Assembly: GCA_965232515.1 (NCBI GenBank)
Contig: CBDDPY010000002.1
Location: 1,408,001-1,472,000, forward strand
Direction of reading: 5' to 3'
Length of the DNA stretch: 64,000 nt
Origin: Alphaproteobacteria bacterium
Lineage (GTDB): Bacteria > Pseudomonadota > Alphaproteobacteria > GCA-2731375
Each line of letters starts with the position of its first letter. Position 1 is the stretch's first letter. The translations under genes and the position numbers were made by a program. Below the pieces are notes generated by a model that saw only the letters and a list, made by a program, of their open reading frames with translations, made no database searches and was not told where the DNA came from. This document shows, one piece after another, positions 13,480-22,937 of the stretch.

Positions 13480-15399
13480 ATGCTGAACGCAATGCGCAGG
13501 GGCGTCGGAAGCTGGTTCGTCAAGGCGTTCCTCGGCGTTCTTATCCTCAGCTTCGCGGTTTGGGGGATCGGCGACATCTTCCGCGTCCAGCCCGATTCCG
13601 CCGTCGTCGAGGTCGGCGACATCGAGATCAGCGGTTCAGACTTCCTCACCGACTTCAACCGCAACATGCGGCGGCTGCAGACCAGTTTCGGCACAGGCAT
13701 CGACCGCGACCAGGCCCGAAGTCTCGGTCTCGTCGAGCAGACCTTGCAGCAGATGATCGGTCGGGCGCTTCTCGATCAGGCGGCCTATGAGCTCGACATG
13801 ACCGTCGACCGCAGTGTGATCGAGCAAGATATCCTGACCAATCCGGTGTTTCAGAACGAGTTCGGTCAGTATGACCCGTTCCGCTTCGAGCAGGCGATCC
13901 GCGAGAGCGGCTTCACCCGGGCCGGCTTCGTCGCCGCCAATCAGCGCGACATCGTCCGGCGGCAACTGTTCACGACGCTGACCGCCGGCATTCGTCCGCC
14001 GACCAGCATGGTGGACGCCTTCTATCGATACGATCAGGAGAAGCGTTCGCTGGCCGTGCTGACGATCGCCAACGACTCGATGACGGACATCGCCGCGCCC
14101 GACGATGGCGCGCTGGCCACCTATCACAGCGAGCACGCGTTGCAATTCACCGCGCCGGAATATCGCCGTCTGACCTTCGTCACGCTTTCGCCTGCGGACC
14201 TGGCCGACGAAATCGCCGTCAATGAAGCCGATATCCAAGAGGAATACGAAGACCGTATCGACAGCTACACCGTGCCGGAGCGCCGCGAAGTCGAGCAGAT
14301 CCTGATATCGGACGAAGACGCCGCCGCCGCCGCCGCCGACCGCCTGCGCCAGGGCGAGGATTTCTTTGCCGTGGCCCAAGACGCCGCCGGGCTCGACCAA
14401 GAGGCCGTCAAGCTGGGCGAGCTGATGCGTGTCGACCTGCCGGTGGAAACATCCGAAGCGGTGTTCGCATTGGCCGAAAATGCCGTCAGCGATCCGGTCC
14501 AGTCTCCGCTCGGCTGGCATCTGTTCCGCGTCACCAAGATCGCGGCGGGCGCAACCAAGCCCCTCGACGAGGTGCGTGAGGAGCTGACGCAACGGATCAA
14601 GCTGGACCGGGCCAGCGACGCCATCTTCGATCTGTCGAACAAGATCGACGACGCGCTGGCGGGCGGCGCCACCATCGAGGAAGTGGCGCAAAGCTTCAAC
14701 CTACCTCTCGGCCAGGTAGCCGCGACCGACGCCAACGGCCGGGGCCGCGACGATGAGCCACTGACCGCCTTGCCGCAGGTGCGGGAGTTCCTGCCGACCG
14801 CATTCGATACCAGCGAGGGCGAGGAACCGGTGCTCAATGAATCCGACGACGGCAGCTATTTCCTGCTGCGGGTCGACGGCATCACGCCGCCGGCGCTGCG
14901 ACCGTTGGACGAGGTGCGCGAGGACGTCATCGCGGCATGGCGCAGGGAAGCTCAAGCCGAGGCCGCGACCGCCAAGGCGGCCGAAGTGCTGGAGCGCGCG
15001 CGCGGCGGCGAGCGGCTGGAGACGCTTTCCATCGAACTCGGCTACCCGCTGAAAATCACCTCGGCCCTGACCCGCAACGCGCTGGGCGGCGATGCTGAAA
15101 TCGGCGCCGAACTGGTCGCCAAAGCATTCACCCTCGACATCGGCGGGGTCGCGGCCGGCGGCACGCGAGCCAATAACGGACAGGCGCTGGTCGAGCTGGT
15201 CGAGGTGAAGGCGGCCAATGCGTCGGACGACGAGGAAGCCCTCAATCAGATGCGGCAGTCGGTGCTGGCCAGCATCGCCGAGGATATCCTGGCACAATAC
15301 CAGGCGGCATTGCGGGACGCGTATCCGGTCGAGGTGAACCAGCGGGTGATCGACGCGATCTTCGATCAGCCGGCCTACCCGCAGCAGCACGCCTATTGA
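13480..15399 (+). CDS. ppiD: PpiD/SurA-N domain periplasmic chaperone, parvulin PPIase
   Basis: ILSFAVWGIGD N-terminal anchor, F.APEYR, PERREVEQI, PVQSPLGWHLFRV. Confidence 0.9.
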   Translation: MLNAMRRGVGSWFVKAFLGVLILSFAVWGIGDIFRVQPDSAVVEVGDIEISGSDFLTDFNRNMRRLQTSFGTGIDRDQARSLGLVEQTLQQMIGRALLDQAAYELDMTVDRSVIEQDILTNPVFQNEFGQYDPFRFEQAIRESGFTRAGFVAANQRDIVRRQLFTTLTAGIRPPTSMVDAFYRYDQEKRSLAVLTIANDSMTDIAAPDDGALATYHSEHALQFTAPEYRRLTFVTLSPADLADEIAVNEADIQEEYEDRIDSYTVPERREVEQILISDEDAAAAAADRLRQGEDFFAVAQDAAGLDQEAVKLGELMRVDLPVETSEAVFALAENAVSDPVQSPLGWHLFRVTKIAAGATKPLDEVREELTQRIKLDRASDAIFDLSNKIDDALAGGATIEEVAQSFNLPLGQVAATDANGRGRDDEPLTALPQVREFLPTAFDTSEGEEPVLNESDDGSYFLLRVDGITPPALRPLDEVREDVIAAWRREAQAEAATAKAAEVLERARGGERLETLSIELGYPLKITSALTRNALGGDAEIGAELVAKAFTLDIGGVAAGGTRANNGQALVELVEVKAANASDDEEALNQMRQSVLASIAEDILAQYQAALRDAYPVEVNQRVIDAIFDQPAYPQQHAY

Positions 15400-15407
15400 C
15401 TGGGGCG

Positions 15408-16724
15408 CTATTGGCCCGCGAAGGCCGCAGCAAGGTTCGCGGGATCGTAGAGAGAGCTGGCGACGGCAGCCTCCAAAACCGGGCGGTCATCGCGCATCCT
15501 GAGGCGTAACGCGGCGAGCCTCTCACGCGCCGCCGGCGCCTCGCCCGACTCCACCAGCCGGCCAATGGCGGCGATGTCGCGCGACCAGCCGATCAGGCGC
15601 ACCCGGATATCGGCGTTACCGCCGCCGGTGAAGCGCTCGTGGATAAGGCCGACCTGATGGCGGATCGCCGGCGTCAGGAAGGCCGCCAGCGGCGCATCCT
15701 CGTCGTCGACAGCGAAGTCGAACAGCGTCAGAAACGCCGTCACGTCATCGAGATCGGCCGCCAGCGTGACGGGTATTTCCGGCTCGTCCACGGCGCCGAT
15801 GATCCTGAGATAGGCAACGAGATCGGCGATTTCGGTTTCGCCGAACGCCAACTCGAACAGCTCGTCGAAGTGCCGGACGGTTGCGGCCAGGTCAGGCATC
15901 CGGCCGTCGTGGAAGAACGGCGCCGATATGCTCGTATTCAGCAGGCTGGGCGTCGAAAACAAACCGCCCGTGCCGACGTCGTGCACCCGACTATCGGCGA
16001 AGGCCTGGGTTGGCTGGTGGCAGGCGGCGCAACTGAGCGATGGCGTCTTCGCGAACGGCCGATGAAATAGCGCTTCGCCCCGACGGGCGGTAGCGGGCGC
16101 ATCGGCCGTCAGTCGGCCGTCCGCCGTCAATGTCGGGCCCGGCGCGAAATCGAGCTGGCGCATATAGGCGACAAGCGCGTCGAGCAGCCAGCCGTCGGGG
16201 CGATCGCCCTGGAATTCATTGACGATGACGTTGCGGGTGAAGTCCTCCAATGTGCCGAACCGGCCGTCATGGCCGTAGGGCGCCGTGGCGGCGATGCCGC
16301 GCAGGCTGGGGATGTTGAGCGGATTGGCGAGCCGGTCGTCGGCCCGCGGATTGAACAGGAAGTGGCTGACATCGATATTGCCGGGCCGGTCCGACAGCTC
16401 CTCGATGAAAAAGCCCGACGCGATATGGCCGTTCGTATGACAGGTTTGGCAGCTCATGCCGTTGCGCCGGGCGAGCCCGCCCAGAACCTGGGGGGCGCGA
16501 AACGCCAGGCGCCCCAATTGCACCATGGCGGACGGTGCGCCGCCCTGGCCGACGATCCGCAGGCGTTCCTGCGGCCGGCTGCGCAAGGCGGCCGCGACAT
16601 CGCCACCGACGCGCAGCCATTGGCTGTCCGCGATCGGCCCCTGGGGCGCGCCAATCTGAGCCGACGCCGCAATCGGCGTCAGTGATACGAAGCAAAAAAG
16701 AAGCGAAATGGCGAAACGCCGCAC
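15408..16724 (-). CDS. diheme cytochrome c, CCP/MauG superfamily, atypical
   Basis: Signal peptide (..ASA-Q), two CxxCH (CQTCH, CAACH), PSLRGIAATAPYGHDGR and TPSLLNTSISAPFFHDGR, DLVAYL. Confidence 0.85.
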   Translation of the reverse strand: MRRFAISLLFCFVSLTPIAASAQIGAPQGPIADSQWLRVGGDVAAALRSRPQERLRIVGQGGAPSAMVQLGRLAFRAPQVLGGLARRNGMSCQTCHTNGHIASGFFIEELSDRPGNIDVSHFLFNPRADDRLANPLNIPSLRGIAATAPYGHDGRFGTLEDFTRNVIVNEFQGDRPDGWLLDALVAYMRQLDFAPGPTLTADGRLTADAPATARRGEALFHRPFAKTPSLSCAACHQPTQAFADSRVHDVGTGGLFSTPSLLNTSISAPFFHDGRMPDLAATVRHFDELFELAFGETEIADLVAYLRIIGAVDEPEIPVTLAADLDDVTAFLTLFDFAVDDEDAPLAAFLTPAIRHQVGLIHERFTGGGNADIRVRLIGWSRDIAAIGRLVESGEAPAARERLAALRLRMRDDRPVLEAAVASSLYDPANLAAAFAGQ

Positions 16725-16738
16725 GGGCCGTCCCGGAG

Positions 16739-17788
16739 CTATCCTGTCATGCGCCGGCTGACGATAGCACTGACCGGCACCAGGACGAAGCCACGATCCC
16801 GTAAGGTCGGCAGCCAGGCTTCCAGCGCCTCCAGCGTTTCGGGGTGCGGGTGGCCGATGGCGATGACATGGCCCTGTCGCAGCGCCACCCGTTCGGCCTC
16901 CTGCAACTGCCGGCGAATGTCCTCCGTCGACACGTGATGATCGAGGAAGATGTCGCGGGTCGCCGTCGGCACGCCGCTTTCGCGCGCCACTTGGCCGGCC
17001 ACGGAACCGACACTGGTGATTGAATCCAGGAACAGCAGCCCCCGGTTCTTCAGCTCGCGCATAACAGGCCGCATGTGGTCGGACGATGCCGTGAAACGGC
17101 TGCCCATATGGTTGTTGATGCCGACATAGCCGGAAAACTGAGACAGGTTCCAGTTCAGGCGCCGGGAACGTTCGGCGTAGGGCAGATCGACCAGTAGCGC
17201 GTTCGGCCCGGGATCTTTTTCCGCGCTTTCCGGCTCCATCGGCATGTGCACCAGCAGCTCGTGCCCGGATTCGCGCGCTTCGGCCGCCAATGTCGGCAGG
17301 GTCCTGCCGTACGGCAGGAGCGCGATCGTGATGGGGCCCTGAAGGGCAAAGCTGCGTCGGGCCCGCGCCCTGTTCAGACCGACATCGTCAAGAACGATGG
17401 CAATCATCGGCCGGTCGCCGATGTCCGGTGCGACGGCCGCAAATCGTTTCCACGTCGGCAAATCGGCGCTTTCCGGCACCGGTGCTGCGATTTCCGGTGG
17501 TTCGGGCACTGTTAGCGGCGTGTTAATCCGCGGCGCGGAAGTTGGCGGCGGGTTCGGCGCTGCGATTTCGGCGGGCTCGGGCACCGGCGCGACAACGCGC
17601 GGCTGGGTGAGAGGCGGGATGACCATTCGCGCCGATGGCGCGAGTTCGGGGACAGCATCGGTGCGCGCGATGGCGTGCGCGGTGCTTTCGTCGACCGGCG
17701 GCGCGAGCAGCCAAGTACCGCCGGCGATCAGCAGACCCGCCGTAAAGCCAGCGACCGAGATCAGCACCGATTGCACCAACGCCCGCAT
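16739..17788 (-). CDS. divergent polysaccharide deacetylase family (YibQ-like)
   Basis: N-terminal TM and Pro-rich linker, IAIVLDDVG, LVHMPMEP, GINNHMGSRFT, FLDS, RDIFLDH, IAIGHPHPET; start may be upstream (CTG 17857). Confidence 0.9.
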   Translation of the reverse strand: MRALVQSVLISVAGFTAGLLIAGGTWLLAPPVDESTAHAIARTDAVPELAPSARMVIPPLTQPRVVAPVPEPAEIAAPNPPPTSAPRINTPLTVPEPPEIAAPVPESADLPTWKRFAAVAPDIGDRPMIAIVLDDVGLNRARARRSFALQGPITIALLPYGRTLPTLAAEARESGHELLVHMPMEPESAEKDPGPNALLVDLPYAERSRRLNWNLSQFSGYVGINNHMGSRFTASSDHMRPVMRELKNRGLLFLDSITSVGSVAGQVARESGVPTATRDIFLDHHVSTEDIRRQLQEAERVALRQGHVIAIGHPHPETLEALEAWLPTLRDRGFVLVPVSAIVSRRMTG

Positions 17789-17984
17789 CCTCCGTCTTGC
17801 AGCCCGGCGGCTCCGTGATCTGCGGCGGACACGGCTGATTGAGATGCCACCCGTCAGAGTCGCCTCCTTTTGCGCTCGCTTTACGGTTTCTGCGGTGAGT
17901 CGCCGTGCTGCCGACTATATCGGCGTCGCCCCAGTCATAGCCAGCGAAAGGGCCGCGACATTTTTGCGACCGATCCGTCCGCCG

Positions 17985-18374
17985 TCAGCCGCCGGCAAGG
18001 TCGTCCAGTATCGGACAGTCCGGCCGCTGGTCCCCGTGACAACGTTCAGCCAGATCGCTCAACGTCGAACGCATGGACATAAGTTCGCCGATCTTGGTGT
18101 CGATACGGTTAATGGCTTGTTCCGCAACGGCTTTGACCGCCGAACTGGCCCGGCTACGGTCATGGTAGAGCGCCAGGAGTTCACCCACCTCGCGGACCGA
18201 AAAGCCGAGCCCCCGGGCCCGGGCGATGAAGCGAAGCATATGGACATCGGCCTCGGAGAAGTCGCGATAGCCGTTCTCGGCCCGCACCGGCCGGCTGATC
18301 AGTCCGATATCCTCGTAGTAGCGGATGGTCTTCGACGGCACGCCGGACCGTGCCGCCGCCTGGCCGATATTCAT
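17985..18374 (-). CDS. cueR: Cu(I)-responsive MerR-family regulator
   Basis: MNIGQAA..KTIRYYEDIGLI, RARGLGFS, R.S..VK, metal loop CHGDQRPDCPIL. Confidence 0.93.
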   Translation of the reverse strand: MNIGQAAARSGVPSKTIRYYEDIGLISRPVRAENGYRDFSEADVHMLRFIARARGLGFSVREVGELLALYHDRSRASSAVKAVAEQAINRIDTKIGELMSMRSTLSDLAERCHGDQRPDCPILDDLAGG

Positions 18375-18434
18375 AGGCTTTCCCGCTCCCGCGTCGCCAT
18401 ACAGCGCCGACCACGCCCTGACCGACGTCTCCCA

Positions 18435-18465
18435 TATATGAAGTTTCTGGTGACTGGAAGGTCAA
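18435..18465 (-). promoter_or_regulatory. MerR/CueR-type promoter with 19-bp spacer facing cueR
   Basis: Minus strand TTGACC-N19-CATATA, with ACCTTCC-N7-AGAAACT (degenerate ACCTTCC-N7-GGAAGGT cue box) overlapping the -35. Confidence 0.65.
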
Positions 18466-18580
18466 GGCCGAGACGGCCGGCCCCCTCCCCCTTGACGCGG
18501 CTGGCATTGCCCTGTTTGCTGCCGGCCGAGGTGCGGGATCGCGGTGTCCGACAGGGGCCGGCGCCGGAGGGAGGGCTGCC

Positions 18581-19624
18581 ATGGCAGCACAAGCGGAAGA
18601 TTTCAAATCGCTGATCGGCCTGGTCGCGGCCGGCAAGACGCTGAGCGTCGAGCAGGCGCATCACGCCTTCGACATCATGATGTCGGGCGACGCCACGCCA
18701 TCGCAGATGGGCGCCTTCCTGATGGGGCTGCGGTTGCGCGGCGAGACCGTCGCCGAAATCACCGGCGGCGTGATGACCATGCGGGACAAGATGACCCGTC
18801 TGGACGCGCCAGCCGATGCCATCGATATCGTCGGCACCGGCGGCGACGCCACCGGCACCTACAATATCTCCACGGCGGCGGCCCTGGTCACGGCCGCCTG
18901 CGGCGTCAATATCGCCAAGCACGGCAATCGGGCCGCCTCGTCCAAGTCGGGCGCGGCCGACGTGCTGACGGCGCTGGGCGTCAACATCGACGCGGATTTC
19001 CCCCTGCTCCGCCAGGCCGCGCACGAGGCGGGCATCTGCTTCATGATGGCGCCGCGCCACCACGGCGCCATGCGCAATGTCGGGCCGACGCGGATCGAGC
19101 TGGGGACGCGGACGATCTTCAACCTGCTGGGCCCGATGTCCAACCCCGCCGGCGTCAAGCGGCAGCTGATCGGCGTGTTCGCGCGCGAGTGGATCCTGCC
19201 CATGGCCGAGACCCTGAAGACGCTGGGCTCGGAGAAGATCTGGGTGGTGCATGGATCGGACGGCACCGACGAGCTGACCACAACGGGTCCGTCCTACGTG
19301 GCGGCGCTGGATGGCGGCGAGATCCGTGAGTTCGAGGTGACGCCGGCCGACGCCGGCCTGCCGACGGCGAGCCTGGAGGATCTGAAGGGCGGCGACGCCG
19401 AGCACAACGCCGCGGCCCTGCGCGGCGTGCTGGCGGGCGACGCCAGCCCCTACCGGGATATCGTGGTCTACAACACCGCCGCGGCATTGGTCGTGGCCGA
19501 CCGGGCGTCGAACCTTAGAGAAGGTGTCGCCAAGGCCGCCGACGCCATTGACACCGGCGCGGCGACCGCCAAGTTGGAAAAGCTGATCGAGATCACCAAC
19601 CGGACCGTTCCGGAGGGCAAATGA
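18581..19624 (+). CDS. trpD: anthranilate phosphoribosyltransferase
   Basis: [43 protein letters not shown]. Confidence 0.97.
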   Translation: MAAQAEDFKSLIGLVAAGKTLSVEQAHHAFDIMMSGDATPSQMGAFLMGLRLRGETVAEITGGVMTMRDKMTRLDAPADAIDIVGTGGDATGTYNISTAAALVTAACGVNIAKHGNRAASSKSGAADVLTALGVNIDADFPLLRQAAHEAGICFMMAPRHHGAMRNVGPTRIELGTRTIFNLLGPMSNPAGVKRQLIGVFAREWILPMAETLKTLGSEKIWVVHGSDGTDELTTTGPSYVAALDGGEIREFEVTPADAGLPTASLEDLKGGDAEHNAAALRGVLAGDASPYRDIVVYNTAAALVVADRASNLREGVAKAADAIDTGAATAKLEKLIEITNRTVPEGK

Positions 19625-20433
19625 GCGACGTGCTCACCCGGATCTGCGACGACAAGCGCCGGAATGTCGCCGCCCGCAAGACACGGCGCCCGCTCGCCGA
19701 CGTCGATGCGGCGGCCAGGGCGGCCTCGCCCGTACGCGGCTTCGCCGACCGTCTGCGCGCCGCCGTCGCCGACGGCCGGCACGGCCTGATCGCCGAGATC
19801 AAAAAGGCCTCGCCGTCGAAGGGGCTGATCCGGGCGGACTTCGATCCCCCGGCGCTGGCCCGCGCGTATCAGGCCGGCGGGGCAAGCTGTCTGTCCGTGC
19901 TGACGGACGAGCCCTATTTCCAAGGCCACGACGACTATCTGGTCGCGGCCCGCGCCGCCGTCGATCTGCCGGTGCTGCGCAAGGATTTCATGCTTGAGCC
20001 TTACCAGATCGCCGAAGCCCGGGCGCTGGGCGCCGACTGCATACTGCTGATCCTGGCGGCGCTCGACGACGCCGAGGCGGTCGAACTGGAAGCGGCCGCC
20101 TCGGACTGGGGCATGGATGTCCTGGTCGAGGTCCACGACGCCGAGGAAATGCGGCGCGCGCTCAGGCTGAACAGTGCATTGATCGGGATAAACAATCGCA
20201 ATCTCAAAACGTTAGAGGTCGATATTGCGACAACGGAAGAACTGGCATCGATGCTGCCCGATAACGCCCTCGGGGTAAGCGAGAGCGGTCTCTACACCAC
20301 CGCCGACCTCGATCGCATGCGTCACGCCGGCTGTCCCTGCTTCCTGGTCGGGGAGTCCCTGATGCGCCAGACCGACGTAACGGCGGCGACGGCGGCGTTG
20401 CTGGGCGCCGAGCCGGCGGCGCGAATGGCCTAA
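19621..20433 (+). CDS. trpC: indole-3-glycerol phosphate synthase
   Basis: [46 protein letters not shown]. Confidence 0.97.
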   Translation: MSDVLTRICDDKRRNVAARKTRRPLADVDAAARAASPVRGFADRLRAAVADGRHGLIAEIKKASPSKGLIRADFDPPALARAYQAGGASCLSVLTDEPYFQGHDDYLVAARAAVDLPVLRKDFMLEPYQIAEARALGADCILLILAALDDAEAVELEAAASDWGMDVLVEVHDAEEMRRALRLNSALIGINNRNLKTLEVDIATTEELASMLPDNALGVSESGLYTTADLDRMRHAGCPCFLVGESLMRQTDVTAATAALLGAEPAARMA

Positions 20434-20437
20434 CGGC

Positions 20438-20914
20438 ATGACCGAGTTCACGCATTTCGACGACAGCGGCAACGCCCGCATGGTCGACGTCTCCGACAAG
20501 GAGGTGACGGAACGGACCGCGACCGCGGCCGGCCGGGTGCTGATGCAGCCGGCGACGCTGGCGCTCATCCGCGACGGCGGCGTCAAGAAGGGCGACGTGC
20601 TGCAGGTCGCGCGGCTGGCCGGCATCATGGCGGCGAAGCGCACCGCCGATCTGATCCCGCTCTGCCATCCGCTGGCCCTGACCTCGGTCGAGGTCGATCT
20701 CGCCTGCAACGAGGCCGACAACGCCGTCGACATCACCGCGACCTGCAAGCTGAAGGGCCGCACCGGGGTCGAGATGGAGGCCCTGACCGCGGTCAGCGTC
20801 GCCGCCCTCACCGTCTACGACATGTGCAAGGCCGTCGATCGCGGCATGCGGGTCGAGCAGGTGCGGCTCACGCACAAGGCCGGCGGCAAGTCCGGCGACT
20901 TCCAGGCGGCTTAG
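20438..20914 (+). CDS. moaC: cyclic pyranopterin monophosphate synthase
   Basis: [38 protein letters not shown]. Confidence 0.97.
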   Translation: MTEFTHFDDSGNARMVDVSDKEVTERTATAAGRVLMQPATLALIRDGGVKKGDVLQVARLAGIMAAKRTADLIPLCHPLALTSVEVDLACNEADNAVDITATCKLKGRTGVEMEALTAVSVAALTVYDMCKAVDRGMRVEQVRLTHKAGGKSGDFQAA

Positions 20915-20921
20915 TCTCGGC

Positions 20922-22118
20922 ATGATCTCGGTCAACGAGGCGCTGACGCAGATCCTTGCCGATTTGCCGCTTATGCCCTCCGAAACGGTCAGCGTCGCCG
21001 ACGCGCTCGGTCGCGTGCTGGCGGCCGACGTGGTGGCCCGGGTCACGCAACCGCCGGCCGATGTCTCGGCCATGGACGGCTACGCCGTGCGTGCCGCCGA
21101 TGTGACCGATGTGCCGGCGACCCTGCGGCAGATCGGCGTGGCCCCCGCGGGCGACGCTTTCCCCGGACAGGTGGGGCCGGGCGAGGCCGTGCGGATCTTC
21201 ACCGGCGGACCGGTGCCCGACGGCGCGGACGCGATCGTGATTCAGGAAGACGTGGACGCCGACGGCGACGACATCACGGTGCGCGAGGGCGCGTCGGCCG
21301 GACGCTACGTCCGCAAACGGGGCCTCGATTTCAGCGCGGGCGAAGTCGGCCTCGAATCCGGGCGCCGGCTGTCGCCGCCCGATATCGGCCTCGCCGCGGC
21401 CATGAACGTGCCCTGGCTGGAGGTGCGGCGGCGGCCGCGCGTGGCGCTGCTGGCGACGGGCGACGAGATCGTCCGCCCCGGCGAGGCCATCGGGCCGAAC
21501 CAGATCGTCAGCTCGAACAGCCTGGCCATGGCGGCGCTTGTGCGGCGCTGTGGCGGCGAGCCGGTGGATCTGGGCATCGCCCGCGACAACGAAGCTTCGC
21601 TGAAGGCGCTCGCCGCGGGCGCACAGGGCGCCGACATGCTGGTGACGCTGGGCGGCGCATCGGTGGGCGAGCACGATCTGGTGCGCAAGGTGCTGGGCGA
21701 TCAGGGCCTGGACCTGGCGTTCTGGCGCATCGCCATGCGGCCGGGCAAGCCGCTGATGTTCGGCCGCCTCGGCGGCACCGTGATGATGGGCATGCCGGGC
21801 AATCCGGTCTCCTCGCTCGTCTGCGGCATGATCTTCCTGCGGCCGGCGATCGACCGGATGCTGGGCCGGCCGGCGGGACCCGCACAACGTGATTCGGCCC
21901 GATTGGGGCGCGATCTGGCGGAGAACGACCGGCGGGAAGACTATCTTCGGGCCGTCCTTGGCCGGAATGACGATGGCGATCTCGTGGCGACGCCATTCGA
22001 CGTTCAGGACAGTTCCATGCTCTCCCGCCTGTCGAAAGCGGACTGCCTTATCGTCCGCCCTCCGCATGCGCCGCCGGCGAATACGGGTGATCGCATCGAG
22101 ATTATTAGGCTCGACTAA
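20922..22118 (+). CDS. moeA: molybdopterin molybdotransferase
   Basis: SAMDGYA, RIFTGGPVP, ATGDEI, GGASVGEHD, MRPGKP, PGNPVS, QDSSML. Confidence 0.96.
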   Translation: MISVNEALTQILADLPLMPSETVSVADALGRVLAADVVARVTQPPADVSAMDGYAVRAADVTDVPATLRQIGVAPAGDAFPGQVGPGEAVRIFTGGPVPDGADAIVIQEDVDADGDDITVREGASAGRYVRKRGLDFSAGEVGLESGRRLSPPDIGLAAAMNVPWLEVRRRPRVALLATGDEIVRPGEAIGPNQIVSSNSLAMAALVRRCGGEPVDLGIARDNEASLKALAAGAQGADMLVTLGGASVGEHDLVRKVLGDQGLDLAFWRIAMRPGKPLMFGRLGGTVMMGMPGNPVSSLVCGMIFLRPAIDRMLGRPAGPAQRDSARLGRDLAENDRREDYLRAVLGRNDDGDLVATPFDVQDSSMLSRLSKADCLIVRPPHAPPANTGDRIEIIRLD

Positions 22119-22171
22119 CGGATATTTGCGCTGCCTCAAGTCAAGGCGCGCATCCGCGCAAGAAATGGCGC

Positions 22172-22213
22172 TTGACTGGAACCAAACTGGAACATATGTT
22201 CACGTTTAGGTTC
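22172..22213 (+). promoter_or_regulatory. lexA promoter with alphaproteobacterial SOS boxes
   Basis: TTGACT -35 (22172); GAAC-N7-GAAC (22179-22193); GTTC-N8-GTTC (22198-22213); central palindrome GAACATATGTTC. Confidence 0.85.
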
Positions 22214-22241
22214 CATTTTCGCCACACTCGGGAGCGTTCGG

Positions 22242-22937
22242 ATGTTGACCAAGAAGCAGCACGAGCTTCTACATTTCATCAATCAGCGCCTTCAAGCCAC
22301 GGGCATATCGCCGTCTTTCGACGAAATGAAGGAAGCGCTCGGCCTGAAGTCCAAGTCCGGCATCCACCGGTTGATCACGGCGCTCGAGGAGCGCGGCTTC
22401 ATCCATCGCCTACCCCATCGGGCCCGGGCGCTCGAGGTGCTGAAACTGCCGGAATCGGCGATCGCCGGCAACCGTCGGGAGTTCCGGCCCAGCGTCGTCC
22501 GCGGCGGTCTCAGCGCCCACACCGGTGCACGGCCGGTGGACAACGATACCGGCGATGTCGTCAGCCTGCCGCTCTATGGCCGGATCGCCGCCGGCGCACC
22601 GATCGAGGCGCTGAGCGACCCCAGCAACGCCACCGACGTACCGGCCAGCATGCTGGGCAATGGCGAACACTTCGCGCTCGAAGTCGACGGTGATTCCATG
22701 GTCGACGCCGGCATCCTGCATGGCGACGTGGCCGTCATCGAGCGGACGGAGAGCGCCGAGAACGGCACCATCGTGGTGGCGCTGGTCGATTCCCAGGAGG
22801 CGACGCTGAAACGGCTGCGCCGCCGGGGAAATTCCGTCGCTTTGGAGCCGGCCAACAAGCGCTATGAAACCCGCATCTTCCCGCCCGACCGAGTGAAGAT
22901 TCAGGGCCGCCTCGTCGGCTTGATGCGTCGGTATTAA
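22242..22937 (+). CDS. lexA: SOS repressor LexA
   Basis: [20 protein letters not shown], cleavage site RIAAG, GDSM Ser, ATLK Lys. Confidence 0.98.
   Translation: MLTKKQHELLHFINQRLQATGISPSFDEMKEALGLKSKSGIHRLITALEERGFIHRLPHRARALEVLKLPESAIAGNRREFRPSVVRGGLSAHTGARPVDNDTGDVVSLPLYGRIAAGAPIEALSDPSNATDVPASMLGNGEHFALEVDGDSMVDAGILHGDVAVIERTESAENGTIVVALVDSQEATLKRLRRRGNSVALEPANKRYETRIFPPDRVKIQGRLVGLMRRY

Noticed and set aside
18371-18400. Nine-codon ORF MATRERESL overlapping the cueR start
   Set aside because: Too short, no RBS and no metal-binding residues; cannot be supported as a leader peptide or copA remnant.
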